From the NCBI GenBank assembly GCA_950097015.1, contig CATNEN010000025.1:5518001-5582000 (forward strand): a stretch of 64,000 nt of DNA, written 5' to 3'. Below, piece by piece: positions 39,491 to 52,400 of the stretch. The translations under genes and the position numbers were made by a program. The DNA comes from Macrostomum hystrix (Eukaryota; Animalia; Platyhelminthes). Within the stretch, counting starts at the first letter, position 1; each line of letters opens with the position of its first letter. The notes under the pieces are model-generated. The model was not told where the DNA came from. It saw nothing but the letters and a program-made list of their open reading frames with translations, and did not search any database.

Positions 39491-42427
39491 TCCCCAAGCG
39501 GATTGAGAAGTTCTTAAGGACCTTGTAATAACTTTGGCCTTTTGGTTGCGCAGCCTTAATATTCACTGAAATAAGTGTAAAGTATCGTTTCGTTTATTTA
39601 AATCGATTTAAACTACGGAATTAGATATTTACAAATAAGCACATATTCATAGCACAAGGGTCCTGAGAGTGTCACTAGGAAAAAGGCAATAGCTGCTGTT
39701 TTTGCTAACCCTGTACAAATATATTGAGCAGAAGTCATCCATTACGATATTATTTAATACTAACAGTTAGCTAAAGCAAAAGCTCACCCAAAACTGTCCA
39801 TAACATTTAAACCATATTATGTAATAAATGTAGACATGTAATTTAGAAATATAGAGCTGGCAAACATCAACACTTTACTCTAGAATTAGTGATTAAAATT
39901 GAATTGTTATAATATAGAAATTGGGGAGTAAAAAGGTTTGAAAAAGCTGCAAAATGAATAAAATTATCGAATGTACTTTAGAACACTACTTCACACTCGA
40001 TTTCTCCATATTACTTTACTCGGCATGTTAAAATATCCAAAATGTATACCAAAAGAAAATATCCAGCTATAAAGCATGGTACGTAGTTTATTTAGTTCAA
40101 TGATTATTAAAGTAATAAATTATGATGAATAAATTAGGAATTAGTTCCCTTATTTTAGACACTTTCTGGGTATTATAATATAGAAAAATACTGCTTGACA
40201 TAGGAAGTTTTCTCAAGCATCCAACGAAAAAGATATTTTACTTTTTTGTCTAGTACTATTTTTCATTCACTACTACATATTCAAGATTTTTAGTCACAAT
40301 CGGCTAATTAAATCTAAATACATATTTAAAATGAAAAAATCACCAACTGCACTTGTACGACTTCAATCTAAAACGAAATGACAATGCCAAAAAAAGAAAT
40401 CAAGCAGATTACTGTAGGCCTATGAGCGCTGGTATAAATGAATTAATGCAAGACAATTAACTTTCGAGCAAAAAGCTCTGAAAAATCATGGACTAAAATG
40501 ATTATCGCGGCAGCTAGCAACAGAGTAGCGTCTAATAATAAAATAAAAATATTAAACAATAAAACGTTTTAAAATAGCAAAAGGTAAATAATATAGCAAA
40601 AAACCTTTTCTTAGGGTTTTACGTGCCTGACTTTGTTTGTATGTGCCAAAAGCCGGCTACGTCTATAGACAACTTATAACGTAAAAGAGTTAAAACTAGA
40701 CATTAGGATCTCGTATACGTGCAGGTGTTCTGACAGTTTCATATTGCACACCTAAAATTTGCAAGAAAAAGTAAAAAAATCGGAAAAAACGATCACAAAA
40801 AATTTCGTGGTAAAGTTTTTTAGCACTAGTCCGACATCAAATATTTTGACATTTGTGCATTTAAAAAATAAGCAAATGTCAACTGAAACACTATTTTAGC
40901 GAACGTATATCTATTGATCTAAAAAATATTTTCAGTAACTTTTTTATATTGACATTATATACCATTACTATATTACTATTACTATTATATACCACACAAA
41001 TGCAAGCGACACGATGCCCAGACTTAATAATGACTTGGATGTGTAAAACAAAAGCTTTTACTGACATATTGCTTTTCCAAATTTGAAATCCATTTCGTGT
41101 TGTATATCATTGATATGTAATTTTTGGCCTTGGAATAGACGTAACAGTTGGCCATTGTTGGTTTGTTAACAGTTTTTACCGGCACGATTATTTGGAAATG
41201 CATTGCGATTTGTAAATTATGTCAGTTCTTGGAAAGCCAATCGAACTTCTTCCACAGTCCAAAAAAGATTTTTATGGAGTTTGCCATGTTATGCTTTAAA
41301 AGCATGGCTAATGCTTTAGTGTTTTGTGTTTTTATATCTTCTATTCAGTTGCTGTCGACTGTCTAGATTACTAGGCCCTACTGTTGCAAGCACTACAGCA
41401 TTTGAAATTTAGTGTTCAAATATTGTAACCTGAATGGCTTGGAAGAAATGTTGCAAAATAATTACTGCCTATAATTGCAGCTTTGGATGGAGTATTATTT
41501 GGCTTCAGAAAATCTGTTTATTCTCTTTTTAGTGTGGGATGCCTCTTCTCTATTTCGAATTCATTTTATTTTATCACCTTATTTGACTTTATAATATTAA
41601 AAACACATTTGCATATAATCACTGGTAAAGCACCTTATATTTTGTATGGTAGCCTTTTTATTTTGTCCAAGCAGCAAGACACCTTTATTTACTTTTTAAA
41701 CCATGTATTTGATTATATTTATTAATCATTACACAGATTTAAGTTCACCAAACTGGTTTTTTAGCCTTTTAGGGCTATAGTAGTGTATCAGAGTTGCTTA
41801 GAAAAACACTTTACTTTATTTTAGAACACATTTATTTATGTTATTTCAGCACTTTATATTTGTAATTGTTTTCAACATAATTTTATTATTTAGTCAAGAT
41901 ATCATATATTCCAGGGAAATTTAGAGCACTCAGTTATTTATAAAAAACACTATTAAAAAACTATTATTATTTTGTCAAAAAAATATTCACTTTTATCACA
42001 AATGGATTACTGAACAAGTTTCCATGACTTTGTCCCAAGTGCAAATTGGTTTTCTTAGCAAGAAAATATGTATAGTATCTATATAAATGGTGGAAGGGCA
42101 TGTGCAGTAAACCAAAATATCATATGTTGGTATCATACATAAATATGTAGGGGCCTATGATAAATATGTTGGTAAATATCATACCCAGAAAAAGAGTTTG
42201 TTTTTGTGGCCATTTAAGTTTGAAATATGCAGTAACATCTAATTCTATTTGAAATTGTATATTAAAAAGTTTTCAACTTAATTGAATGAAGTAAAATACA
42301 ATATTGTATCTTTGTATATAGTGTCTATATTCAATAGATTTGCTTATTGCTACTGTTTTATAGTAAAGAGACAATTCATTTTTTTCAAACAAAATTTAAA
42401 ATAAGGCAATATTAATAATTTTTATAA

Positions 42428-42810
42428 GTGGCAGAGGTTGATGAGTTTGCTTCTTGTACTTGCACCAAGATCCTTGGCCTAAGCTTGATTTTGTAACAAG
42501 TCCATATTCATTCATGGTATAGCCATGGAGACTAGAGAGAATGCTTAAGGGCTTGTCATGCAATTTGTGGCATTAAGGGCCAACCTTTGAGGCACTGTGA
42601 AAGTTTATATTGCCTGGTGATGAGATAGTAAGGGCAGATGTATAGGCTCTATGTGAGTATATGCCTGCATGCCTAAATATCTGAGTACCTATGTGCTTAA
42701 GAGCCAATGGAATGGCAAAAATTGCCTCTCTTCAGGCTGTAGGTCTAGTGAAACTAAATGATATGCCATTACCTGTAGCCTCATCATCATCCACAAAAAT
42801 GCATTGAGTT
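42428..42810 (+). mobile_element. diverged SINE family B copy
   Basis: GTGGCAGAGG...GCACCAAGATCCTT...AGGGCCAACCTTTGAGGCACTGTGAAA...TGCCTGGTGATGAGATAG..AGGGCAGATG aligns with 37128-37430. Confidence 0.7.
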
Positions 42811-43095
42811 TTGTGGGTCATAGTAGGGTTAGGCCTATCCCAGTACTAGAATGCTTCTATTTATGTATCATAAATATATGAATATAATGCTACATACCAA
42901 ACAAACTACAAATTTTAGGTTTGGTTTCTAGCAGATAAATACTTAAACTTTTTTGTGTCTGAATGCTAATATATCCATAGTTATAAATTGTATTAGCATA
43001 ATTCTATATGTAAATATATGCTTGACTGTATTCACATTCAGCTTCATATTTAATAACTCATCCTGATTCTGAATTTAAGTGCATTTTTTGTCCTT

Positions 43096-43258
43096 TTAGA
43101 GCATTGGACTCACAAATTGAAGGTCAGGGGTTTGATTCCTGGTTTCACTAACTTGTGTCCTTTAGTAAGATGCTTTATTCAGTTCAGCTAGCTGTTAAAT
43201 TTGTACCAGCATTCGATGGGGTAATTCAGGTTGTGTATTGCACTCCTGTCCATAGACC
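43096..43258 (+). mobile_element. SINE family A copy
   Basis: TAGAGCATTGGACTCACAAATTGAAGGTCAGGGGTTTGATTCC...TGTGTCCTTTAGTAAGATGCTTTA...TGTACCAGCATT matches the 8161-8385 copy. Confidence 0.75.
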
Positions 43259-43366
43259 ATAGTAATTAATTATTGTTTTTCAATAGCAATCATCGTTACT
43301 ATGATAATCTGATCTGATTTTTATTCCAGAAAAGTTGAAAAACTATCAACAGCATCACCTGCGGTC

Positions 43367-43461
43367 ATGTCAGGGCCGCTAGATAAGTCCTGGGATAAGC
43401 TGTTAAAAGCGTTTGAAAGTCTCCACATACACCTAGATGATGCTTCGTTTCTGCCAGCTGG
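43367..43461 (+). CDS. HTT: HTT exon 1 (N17-like)
   Basis: MSGPLDKSWDKLLKAFESLHIHLDDASFLPAG; donor GG|GTAAGT. Confidence 0.88.
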
Positions 43462-46400
43462 GTAAGTTATGTATAATGCATCATGTTTTGACTTATTAAT
43501 ATTCTAATGAATGACTGACCTACTCTACATAAAACGAATATTTGCGTTACCCGGTAAGGCTTCGCAAAAAAGACGGCGCCCCAACCGTTGAAGAGAAGAA
43601 GCAGGCTTGCCATCTGCTGGCCGAGAGTATCCTTGGCGAGGATCTAACTGGCTCGCAAGACTACGGAGCCGTACTCAGGCCTGTGATTGAGACACTGTGC
43701 AATCTGTGCGACGATGCTAACGATTCTGTGCGCAATCTAGCCAATGAAACACTCAATGCCGTTATGAAAGACATCAGCCTGCACCTGTACCGGCACCTGA
43801 CTGTTGCGTTTGCCAAGGTGAGAGAAAAAAACATCATTTTATTTGTTGCTCAACTACGAATTAAAATGTTTTTGTCTGAGCTAAACTCTATGAATTGTCG
43901 AAAGTATTTAACTAAGCGATAGTTTTAGACAGGGCGAGAGTATTAGATTAGGCGAGAATAGTAGATAGAGCGAGAGTTGTAGATAGGGCGAGAGTAGTAG
44001 ATTGGGCGAGAGTTGTAGATAGGGCGGGAGTAGTAGATTGGGCGAGAGTAGTAGATAGGGCGAGAGTATTAGATTGGGCGAGAGTTGTAGATAGGGCGAG
44101 AGTAGTAGATATGGCGAGAGTAGTAGATAGGGCGAGAGTAGTAGATAGGGCGAGAGTAGTAGATAGGGCGAGAGTAGTAGATTGGGCGAGAGTAGTAGAT
44201 TGGGCGAGAGTAGTAGATAGGGCGAGAGTAGTAGATAGGGCGAGAGTAGTAGATTAGGCAAGAGTAGTAAGTAGATTAGGCGAGAGTAGTAGATAGTGCG
44301 AGAGTATTAGATTAGGCGAGAGTAGTAGATAAAGCGACAGTATTAGATTAGGCGAGAATAGTATGTAGGGCGAGAGTATTAGATTAGGTGAGAATAGTAT
44401 GTAGGGCGAGAGTAGTAGATAGGGCGAGACTATTAGATTAGGCGAGAATAGTAGATAGGGCGAGAGTTGTAGATAGGGCGAGAGTAGTAGATTGGGCGAG
44501 AGTTGTAGATAGGGCGAGAGTAGTAGATTGGGCGAGAGTAGTAGATAGGGCGAGAGTATTAGATTAGGCGAGAATAGTAGATAGGGCGAGAGTAGTAGAT
44601 AGGGCGAGAGTAGTAGATCGGGCGAGAGTAGTAGATAGGGCGAGAGTAGTAGATAGGCGAGAGTATTAGATTAGGCGAGAGTAGTAGATAGGGCGAGACT
44701 ATTAGATTAGGCGAGAATAGTATGTAGGGCGAGACTATTAGATTAGGCGAGAATAGTATGTAGGGCGAGAGTATTAGATTAGGCGATAATAGTATGTAGG
44801 GCGAGAGTATTATATTAGGCGATAATAGTATGTACGGCGAGAGTATTATATTAGGCGATAATAGTATGTAGGGCGAGAGTATTAGATTAGGCGAGAATAG
44901 TATGTAGGGCGAGAGTAGTAGATTAGGCGAGAGTAGTAGATAGGCCGAGAGTAGTAGATAGGCCAAGAGTAGTAGATTAGGCAAGAGTAGTAAGTAGATT
45001 AGGCGAGAGTAGTAGATAGGGCGAGAGTATTAGATTAGGCGAGAATAGTATGTAGGGCGAGAGTATTAGATTAGGCGAGAATAGTATGTAGGGCGAGAGT
45101 AGTAGATAGGGCGAGATTATAATATTAGGCGAGAGTAAAAAAAAAATGGCGACATTACTTAAGACATTCTCGTAGAAGCGTGTGTGTAGCATTACAAACT
45201 TGACTTCGAATTCCCCCCCTTGAAACTCCGCTAACCCCAAAAGGTGATGCAACGCGACGGAATCCAGCCGCGCGTAGTGAAAGCCGCCCTGTGCCGATTC
45301 GCCAGTCTAGTCAGTTACATTCTGCCATCCAAGGCGCCCGACTATGCCAGATTTGTCTTCCCCATCATTGTCCGCCTATTGCAAGCCGGGGAAGCTGTTC
45401 AGGCTGAATTAGTTCGCCAATTGCCGCCAATTTGTCGGGCATTGGTGCCTGCGGATAGGGAGATTAATCTGCGCACCTACCTGACTGACTGCCTAGCCGC
45501 GCTAGATAATCCTTCGCCGTTTGTTCGCCGTACGGCTGCCACCTTTGTAGCCGAGATCTGTACCAATGCGCAGACGCCGCGATTGCTGGCTTGGACTCTG
45601 GAACAGCTCAGCTGTCGCCGGCCCGGCCATCTGCTGGCACTGCGCCTTCTGGCTCCGCTGCTAACAGCGGGTGTCGATTCTACAAGCGCAGACGAAGATC
45701 TCGCCTGTCGCCTATTGGCCGGTACCGCGGTTGCCGTGGCAACCGTTGACCGGGTGACAGCCAGTCCGGCTCTGGAGGCCATGCGAGCCCTGCTGGACTG
45801 CGCTCCGGCCGGCCTTGTTGCTAGGCGCCTTATGCGACCCGGTGGTTTAAACGTCGCTGCAACCGTTGTCATGGCAACGCCAACGCCGGTTTTTTCCGAA
45901 GCTCCGATTTCTTTGGCATCGCGCGAACAATCGACGCAGCCCTCAATCGAGTCTGTCGCCGGCGTGGTCGACGAACTGGCCATCGCCGTCAGCGTCGATA
46001 AGCCGCCGACTCCGACATCGACACCAATGTTGACGCCGGCGCCTTTATCGGCGGTGTCGCTAACGACTGCTGCGTCAGACGCCGGCACCGAGGAATCGTC
46101 TAGCGAAGCCGACGTCTCCGGCTCTGGCCCTGGAGGCGTCGATGACGATGTCGACGATGAAGATGCTACCGGCGGTGAAAGTAGCGACGACGCTTTGGCC
46201 ACCGACGAAGCGGAAGCCGACGCAGACGAAGCTGCCGCGGCATCGGCAGCTGCAGCCGACTCAGTTACCCTGCTAGCTGAAGCTGAAACTTCCGCCTCCG
46301 CTGCCGATCAACTGCCAACCCTGCAGCCGGATCTAGTCTCCTCCTTGGCCGCCGACGCCAATCTTCGACCCGTTGATTATCTATTTCGCGTACTTGCAAA

Positions 46401-49400
46401 CCGTTATCTGTTGCCTGGCAACGCTGCCGGCGTAGCTCACGACGAGCGCTGCGTAAAAGTACATTTGAAAATGGACGCCATTGGCTGCCTGAGCCGTCTA
46501 GTGTCCTGGGATCCATCCCTGCTTCGCCGACCGGTGCTGCCGAATTCACCTCAGCGGGCCGATGATATTCTGTCCCTGTTGGCTCACTCGGACGCCCAGT
46601 TAGTTGGCCGCACAGCTCAGTTGCTATGCTCTTACCTGTCCGCCTCCGTTGCTGACGGTAAAATTCCACGAGATGAAGCCGATGTCGAAATTGGCCGATT
46701 GCTGGCGCTCATTGAGTCTGGGACACCACTGGTTGCTAAGGAGGTGAGTTCTTCGCAACAGTATCAGAATCCCAATCGATCAGAATCCCAATCGATCAGA
46801 ATCCCAATCGAACAGAATCCCAATTGATCAGAATCCCAATTAATCAGAATCCCAATCAATCAGAATCCCAATCGATCAGAATCCCAATTAATCAGAATCC
46901 CAATTAATCAGAATCCCAATCGAACGGAATCCCAATCGATCAGAATCAACTAGAATCCTCAAATTAAAACTCGCCTTTTTCAGGTGGTTGGCGCCCTGTC
47001 CATCTGCCTGCCCCAGTTGGGGATTCGCTTTCCGGCCCTGCTTGATCGCGTCTCTCGCGCCCTACCATTGGCTTTGAAGTCCAGCTACGCTCTGCTAACA
47101 GCCGAACTGTGCTCCCTATTATCTGGCGTGCCGTTTCACCTGCTGCCAGACGATCTGAGGCCCTGGTGCCTGGAGACGGCCGTTGGCCTCCTTGGCCATT
47201 CAGATCGTCAGGTGCAATCAGCAGCCTGTCATCTATTGGTGCGAGCGGTAGCCAATGTACACGACTCAACTAAACCGGCCTCCCTAATTGGTTGTCAACT
47301 GCAGCAACAACAGCAGCCGCAGCCGCAGCAATATTTATTTAGCTTTCATCAGCAACAGCAGCATCAGAAGCAGAGTCGAGCAGTTCAAACCGCCACCGCG
47401 GCTGGTCTGTCTAGCGTTCTCGGCTGTCTAATGACCAAATTTTACTCGTGCACAGATCAGGCATTCATGTCTGGCGCAGCGGCCGTATTGCATCGCCTAA
47501 CAGTGGCCTATCCGCCCGTGTCCCATCCGGCCGAATGGCGAGTTGGCCCGCTAGTGCCAGTCGGCGCCGAGCGTTGGCAATCGTTTTCAAAAGTTTGGCC
47601 AACCGGCCCGGGTCCGCAGCAGCCTCCGGAGTTGTTGCACTATTGCGTTCAACTGCTGTCGCTTCCTCTGCCATTGCAGGTAAAAATAATTAAAATTTTA
47701 GAAAACGGCCCTTTTTAGGTCGTTTTTTCTGGAATAGTCACATGTTAGAAAAATATAGGGAATTGTTTTATATATTCTTTGATAGCCACAAGTGTAAGGA
47801 CTTTATTTCATTACTCGATTAAGTTTTGTATATATTAGAAGTGATATTGAATCATGAAACATTACTAGCAGTTAACATATTCAAGGCGAAGACAAATGAT
47901 ATCGTTTGAGAAGAGAAAGTTTGTATATATGTTTATTGTCCTACTGTCAGTAGAATAAAAAACCTAGCAATCAAAATAGGTTAAGTAAAAACGGCCCCTT
48001 TAAGGCTGTTTGCGATATTGTGAATCCTGTTCAATTTGTAGTATTTATTTCATCCTTTTCTAATGCCAGTGGAATAAAACAAGCAGTAACTGAATCAAAA
48101 ATTTTTAAAGCGGCACTTTTGACACACAACTTCGTTGGACCAGATGTACAGCCAGTAGCGCTTCCAAATTCTGTGTACAACTTTCCGGTCCATGGACTGG
48201 GGTTGCCGCCACACCTACGTATTAATTATTTTCCAGCTAATGCTGTCAGTCGTTTCACAGCTGGGTAAACTGGAGCGTTAGAAAATTAAAGGGAAATTAT
48301 GACTCGAACTTGCGACGTCTCGGCTAAAAATCTTAAGCTTATACCACTGGGCTACGACCTTCATTACCGGATGATACATAATACTTAGCAGATCCGCATT
48401 TAAATCAAACTAACGCATTGCAGACCCACTCAGACCTGCTGGCTGCCATAGCTAATCTAGTTCGAGGCGCAATTTATCACGGCCTCCGTCCAGTGCTTGA
48501 CGATCATCCCAAAGAGCCCTGGCCAGCCCTGGCTAATCGAGCCATGCCGGACCTGTGCTCCGCTCTGTTGCATCATCTGCTGCGCCTATTGGGCGCATTT
48601 CAATTATCTATAGCCACCGCTCAGACGCACAATGCGTCTTCTAGTAGCAGCAGCAGTCCGGCTAAGCAGCAACGTCTGGCAGGTCGACCCGGCGTCGGTG
48701 GCGGCGTTGGCGGAGCCAGCGGACTTACTAGCATTGTGGATGCAACTTCAACTTCTAAGCAGCATCAGCAGCATGACACAGGCGGTATAGTGGGAATCTC
48801 TCTAGGCTTAGCCGAAGATCGGCATCAACAGCAGCACCAGCAGCAGTATCAGCAGCAGCATCAGCAGCAGCTGTATGCTCGCATGCAGGAATCTGTTAGG
48901 AAAGCCTATAGAAGTTATCGCACTTCCTCCGAGTCCACTAGCGGAGCTGGCGGCGACGCTCGGGTGTGCCAATTGGCCCGATCCGCTCTAGACTGTTTGG
49001 CTGCGCTGTTAAATGGAGCTCACAGGTTTGTTGATAAGTTTTTTTAAAGATTTTTTAGATACCTAGTTAAATATCTTTCCAATTTTCTACGAAAATGTTT
49101 TCCAGGTTTATTCATTATTTTTTCCGGGTTTTGTCGTTATTTTTCCGGGTTTAATGGTTTTTTCCGGTTTTAAGCATTTTTTCTTGAGAATTTCGTCGCT
49201 GTTATTCAGATTTTTCGTTGCTAATAATATGTTTTGTCGGATGCTATAAAATTTATCTTCCACCAAACGCAGAATTTATATGCAACGGCTGTTTAGTGTC
49301 TTATGAGGTCACCTAACTATCCACTTCTCGCTGTTTCCCTGCAACTTTTAGATCGGATCTGCCACTGGACCTGACCAAATCTCTTCTGGCTCAGCTGCGC

Positions 49401-52400
49401 GAATTGCTCCGCCTTCGGCCGACCACATCGAAGTGCATCGGCCTAGTCAACGCACTGATGCGAGCCATCTTCGGCTTGAATTTGGCTGCGTTTCATTCTG
49501 CTCCGACTTCGTCGGCGGCCGGCACACCGTCTGGCTCAATGCCGACGCCGACAACATTGTCTGCGATGTCAACAGCTCAGATGCAGCAGCAGACCTCAGC
49601 AAAGGTATTTTTCATGCTTCAGGCCTTTTGAGTACAGTTGCTGGAAGTCGAAACATCTCATTGTTCAATGAATCTTCAATGTCCGATTCCTTCTCACCTT
49701 GGAATGACCGATTCCTTCTCACCTTGGAATGACTGATTCCTTCTCACCTTGGAATGACCGATTCCTTCTCACCTTGGAATGACCGATTCCTTCTCACCTT
49801 GGAATGACCGATTCCTTCTCACCTTGGAATGACCGATTCCTTCTCATCCTACAATGACCGATTCCTTCTCATCCTACAATGACCGATTCCTTCTCATCCT
49901 TCAATTACCGATTACTTCTCATCCTTCAATGACCGAATCCTTCTCATCCTACAATGACCGATTCCTTCTTATTCTTCAATGACCGATTCTTTCTCATCCT
50001 TCAATGACCGATTCCTTCTCATCCTACAATGACCGATTCCTTCTCATTCTTCAATGACCGATTCCTTCTTATTCTTCAATGACCGATTCCTTCTTATTCT
50101 TCAATGACCGATTCCTTCTCATTCTTCAATGACCGATTCCTTCTTATTCTTCAATGACCGATTCTTTCTCATCCTTCAATGACCGATTCCTTCTCATCCT
50201 ACAATGACCGAATCCTTCTCATTCTTCAATGACCGATTCATTCTCATCCTTCAATGACCGATTCCTTCTCATCCTACAATGACCGATTACTTCTCATTCT
50301 TCAATGACCGATTCCTTCTCATTCTTCAATGACCGATTCCTTCTCATCCTACAATGACCGAATCCTTCTCATTCTTCAATGACCGATTCATTCTCATCCT
50401 TCAATGACCGATTCCTTCTCATCCTACAATGACCGATTACTTCTCATCCTTCAATGACCGATTCCTTCTTATCCTTCAATTACCGATTACTTCTCATCCT
50501 ACGATGGCCGATTCCTTCTCATCCTTCAATGACCGATTCCTTCTCATTCTTCAATGACCGATTCTTTCTCATTCTTCAATGACCGATTCCTTCTCATCCT
50601 ACAATGACCGATTACTTCTCATCCTTCAATGACCGATTCCTTCTTATCCTTCAATTACCGATTACTTCTCATCCTACGATGGCCGATTCCTTCTCATCCT
50701 TCAATGACCGATTCCTTCTCATTCTTCAATGACCGATTCTTTCTCATTCTTCAATGACCGATTCCTTCTCATCCTACAATGACCGATTCATTCTCATCCT
50801 TCAATGACCGATTCCTTCTCATCCTACAATGACCGATTACTTCTCATCCTTCAATGACCGATTCCTTCTTATCCTTCAATTACCGATTACTTCTCATCCT
50901 ACGATGGCCGATTCCTTCTCATCCTTCAATGACCGATTCCTTCTCATTCTTCAATGACCGATTCCTTCTCATCCTACAATGACCGATTCATTCTCATCCT
51001 TCAATGACCGATTCCTTCTCATTCTTCAATGACCGATTCATTCTCATCCTTCAATGACCGATTCCTTCTTATCCTACAATGACCGATTCATTCTCATCCT
51101 TCAATGACCGATTCCTTCTCATCCTACAATGACCGATTCCTTCTCATCCTACAATGACCGATTCATTCTCATCCTTCAATGACCGATTCCTTCTCACCTT
51201 GGAATGACCGATTCATTCTCATCATTCAATGACCGATTCCTTCTCACCTTGGAATGACCGATTCATTCTCATCATTCAATGACCGATTCCTTCTCATCTT
51301 ACAATGACCGATTCATTCTCATCCTTCAATGACCGACGCTTTCGCATTGTGCAGCCGCAGTCGGCAGCTTCCACGCCAACGCCGCCTGGAGCTGCAGCAA
51401 CAACGCCCACAACATCAGCTTCGATTCGTTCGCCTTCGCCCTCGCCGTCGACCAGTTCGCTGACATCTATCGGCGGTCGAGGTCGCTATCCCAGCCTGAC
51501 CCAGTCGCTGGTGCTGGAGCCTCTATTAGCCGCATCAGCCGCGTCTCTGTCTTCTGCCATTGAAGCTTCGTGTTCGTCGTCATCGTCTATGTTGACTTCG
51601 CCGTTGTTATTGCGTCGACCAGCAGCCAAGCAGTTGCTGCAGGACAGATTTCCCAGTCTGGCAGCCAGCTATATTAAACCATTCCAATCTGTTGTGGTGG
51701 CCGCAATGCGAATGTACATGGCTCCGTGCGATCAGGCTAGCCAGGCGGCTGTACTGGACCTATTCTGCACCCTAATGCTATTGGGCACCAACTATTCTAG
51801 TCTGGATAGGCAGTCCACTTTTCTAACTTATCTTTTGCGTCAATTGGAGACCGCGGCCGGTTCTTCTCCGGTTGGTCCGCTAGGCCGGGCGCCGTTGAGG
51901 CCTCTTTTCGCGTTCCTGTGCTCATTGAGCCAGCACGATCCGGGCCTGCTGCCGTCTGCTAAGCTGCTGCAGCTGGCCGACTCACTGCTGGCCGCCGGAT
52001 GGCAGTGTCAGGCGAGTCGTGCTCTCGTTTAGGATATAATGGGATTTTTTGGGGATGTATATAAAAATAGGCAATTCTGCCCCTCTGCAATTCCGCTAAA
52101 TCCTGAGCACACACACGGGTGTGTAAATCTGCCCTGACTTTCTCATCGTCAGGCAGTGTACACTCTCACTGTGCCTTTGAGGTTGGCCCTCAAGTGCGTA
52201 AATTGCACGACAAGCCCCCAAGTCTGTCTGTTCTGTAAGAGGATTTAGGGAAATCTGTCTGTTCTGTATGAGGATTTGGGGAAATCTGTCTATTCTGTAA
52301 GAGGATTTAGGGAAATCTGTCTGTTCTGTAAGAGGATTTAGGGAAATCTGTCTGTTCTGTAAGGGGATTTAGGGAAATCTGTCTGTTCTGTAAGAGGATT

